DNA of 64,000 bases. Origin: Takakia lepidozioides. Lineage: Eukaryota; Plantae; Bryophyta. Location: NCBI GenBank assembly GCA_030704615.1, contig CM060732.1, forward strand, positions 9,114,001 through 9,178,000, in the 5' to 3' direction. The position numbers were made by a program, and so were the translations under genes. How positions within the stretch are numbered: position 1 is the stretch's first letter; every line of letters begins with the position of its first letter. Below are positions 61,160 through 64,000 of this stretch, piece by piece. The notes beneath the pieces were generated by a model. That model was given only the letters and a program-made list of their open reading frames with translations. It was not told where the DNA came from and ran no database searches.

Positions 61160-64000
61160 TCAAGTACATCCGTAGGTGGTGTCAACACTGCAAATGCTAC
61201 CACCTGAATCTGCTGAACTGCTAGGAGTACTGCAACCACCTGAAACTGCGGCACTATCATCTATGAAGACCTTTGCGCGGAGGTGCTTGAGCGTCTTCCT
61301 GGAACTCCAACGCAAGGGTGGGGGAGAAAGCACAGCTGCATGCACACGAGCAATGCCTTCCGCGTAGTCGGGAAGGACATAAATAGGAGGTGGGCTCCAC
61401 CACAAGTCCCTCAAGTATATGGAAGACAGGGGCAACGGGATTGCGTTAACATTCCTACAATCAGAAATGCACCATTTGGGTAATAATCAGACAACAGAAG
61501 GGGATGCGATAGAGAATATACACATGGATGAAATAGACAGAAAATGAACTTACTCACATGAAAAGTCATTGTCCAGGTCCTTGTCGTCTCCGTCGAGGAT
61601 ATCAATTTGCGCAGTGACATCCTTTGCACTGGAGGTAGACGAGCCCCCTTGCAACTCGGCGAGTAGGCCAGTGAAAATATCTGCATCTCCTTCCATACCA
61701 AACAAGTGCCTGCCACCTGCCTTGCAAGCATGGTAAGAAGCGCCTGCAAGAGACATAATGATGGAATTAGAGTTTTAGAATATTGAGTAAAGGACGTGCA
61801 GAAGAAAAGAAATCGATGACAAAGGCAAGAAGAAAAACCTGTGCCAAGAGTGAGATCTATGATGCGGGCCCCTGGCCGAGAACAACTCTCAATGATTGTT
61901 TGGATAAAAGCCGGGCTTTTTTCACGGGCCCCTCTCCAAGGCGTTCCATTTGGCTTTCGCAAACATACGTTGGAGTCCACATAGTTGTAGTGCATGTCAT
62001 CGACAACAGGATCGAACCTCTCGTTTATGAAACATCCTCCCCCATGAAGCTCGAACTCAACCACTGTGGTGGGAGTCGACAGTGGATGTACCCTCACGAG
62101 ACAGACGGCCTCAAATAGACGGGTCTGCGATGAAGAGGTCAATAATTAGTGAGAAATGTTTCATAGCACATCTGGGTGGGAGTGCAGATCCATTCCGGAT
62201 GGAACGGGTTCAGAGTCATTGCTCATGCACCGCCAAAACTGAGTGCGCTGAAGCACTCAATTCAGGCAGTGCGAACAACATGACTTCATAACAGTCAGTA
62301 CAGTGGAACTTCAACAGAGAAGGCATAAAAATAAAGTATTTGAAACGTACCTTCTGCCCTGGGCAATCCCCCTTTGTCAGATATAGGCTGTTGACACAAT
62401 TCCAGGTCTTGATAATCCGCATCCCCGACGCTTTCAAGTAGCTTGCCAGCTCCCGACGACATCTCATCGTGACAGATTGTATGATAACAAGAACCCCTGC
62501 ATCGGAAAGGAAAAACTTGCAAAAGGAAAACACCCAACTCCAATACCTCTCGTCAAATTTGTTCCATGTTGGGTAGGTGTCACTGGGCAGAATATCCGGG
62601 ACTGGATGCCCGTCCGGAATGTCCACAATAACCATCTCCGAAGCAAACGGTTTCAGTGCACCATTCACCCAAGATTCCTTTCCCCTCCATGCCTGCAAGC
62701 AATATAGCGTGTAAGAAGGGAAAGATGTTTTATAAGCGACCTTTCTGATCCGAGCAAAAAAAAAAACAAAGGAAACAAAACTCAAACACATGCATGATAA
62801 TTGCTTACCGATTGGAGAAAAGCACAGAGCTTGTCCCATGTTTTGGAAGGATCACCACTGTAACTTGACTTCCTTGTCTCCATCATGGCCAGGAACCCGT
62901 CGTTTACCAGCTCGCACATGCCCGCAAAAATGATTCTAGATGGGTGCTCCATTGCATCGTAGGGCTCTTTAAGACCCTTTTTCTTTCGGTCAGGCTTTAT
63001 GGCTGGGGGTGGGGTCTGCAGTGGCCCCGGTTGCACCACGGACTCCATCTCATTATCATTCGAAGTGTTTTTCTGCCCCTTTACCTTCCCTTTCCCCTTG
63101 TCCTTTCTAGGCTTGACTGGCGTATTTGGTGCAAGAGGCTCTTTCTCAGCCAATATCCTCAAGTTTCTCTCGTGCAACTCCTTGTCCGTCAGAGGGGCCA
63201 AGGCCTCTGCATTGTCGTTTTGATTTCGGGTCACAAGCTCAGACCAAGGGCATCCAGACCGTGGGATATCCATATACTAGCAACAGTCTCGAAGATGCGA
63301 GGTCCCGTAATCCTTCAAAATCCTTGCAGTGTACATTGTCTGAGCGTTGGATGGATCACACCATAGGTCAATAAAGTGCGGGTGTCGACTCAGGTTCTGG
63401 CCTGGAATGAGAACGTTTTTGATGTACCTACACAATCAAAACAGAGGGAATATTAGTGAGTGGGGAAAGTGTGAGATAATTGTTTAAGGACCCCTTGACT
63501 GAGTGCGCCAGCGCACTCAATTTTTGGTCTATCCAATCAGGCCCTACTTACAAGCCAGGGCAGGTGTGGTTCAGTACAGGATTGGATATTCGTATGTACA
63601 ATGAGAGCTTGGGAGACACAGAAGTGCCCACCCCTTTACTGAGTGCGTCAGCGCACATAGTTTTGGGACTGTTTATTCAAAAGAGCAGGGCTGCAACGAA
63701 ATCAAAACTTCGTGAGAAAAGAAAGAAGGGTGGGAAAAGAGTGTCAAGACGAACCTGTATAGAACCCTCTTCATGGCCTATTCTGATCCATGCTGCTGCT
63801 CGAAGTCGTTAGTGCGCGAGATGCCTCCCTCTTTGGCGAACTCCCTGAAGAAGCAAGTGCCGAAGCAAGCTGCTTTCCACTGGCGGACGTAGTCTTCTAG
63901 AGTATCCGTCGGTGGAGTCATAGTTATCTTGTAATCGTTCAGCTGTTTCTCCAGAACCAGCTGTGCCCGAGCCTCTATCTGCGCAAGAACAGTTCTACAA
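61160..64000 (-). pseudogene. Intron-containing gene with a C-terminal beta-class N4-cytosine/N6-adenine DNA methyltransferase-like domain; 5' end beyond the window; two in-frame stops in upstream exons
   Basis: Approximate exons >64000-63755, 63428-62809, 62692-62351, 62124-61839, 61743-61554, 61454-61160. Motif IV-like EMVIVDIPDG...FLSDAGVLVI, then motifs X-I-II REKSPAFIQTIIESCSRPGARIIDLTLGTG|ASYHACKAGGRHLFGMEGD. Confidence 0.75.

Overview
Eukaryotic plant genomic DNA, probably a bryophyte-grade land plant (inferred from GT-AG introns, the plant CDKD/RAD17 sequences and the transposon repertoire). Left third: two intron-containing genes arranged head to head, CDKD (CDK7/CAK, minus strand, last exon apparently outside the window) and RAD17 (plus strand). 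Their introns and flanks carry a (TC)n-associated LINE family (including a clean twin-priming inversion), SINEs and MITEs. Middle: a decayed Ty3/gypsy relic and about 8 kb of mostly non-coding DNA. Right half: a nest of transposons. A hAT (DUF659-type) element is interrupted by (i) a very young Galadriel-like chromovirus (36037-43008, TSD GGAGT) and (ii) an unusual DDE-integrase retroelement (43431-52442) with split direct repeats A-internal-B-A-B, a palindromic GACA-GC-TGTC junction, a 4-bp TSD, a DNMT3-like C5-cytosine methyltransferase remnant and a PHD finger. Next comes a multi-gene Mutator-like region encoding a GCM-like/DDE/SWIM transposase and an intron-containing beta-class N4-C/N6-A DNA methyltransferase-like gene. 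The best candidates for a novel system are the split-repeat integrase retroelement and the two different DNA methyltransferases carried by neighbouring transposons. All calls are by manual reading; no searches were run.
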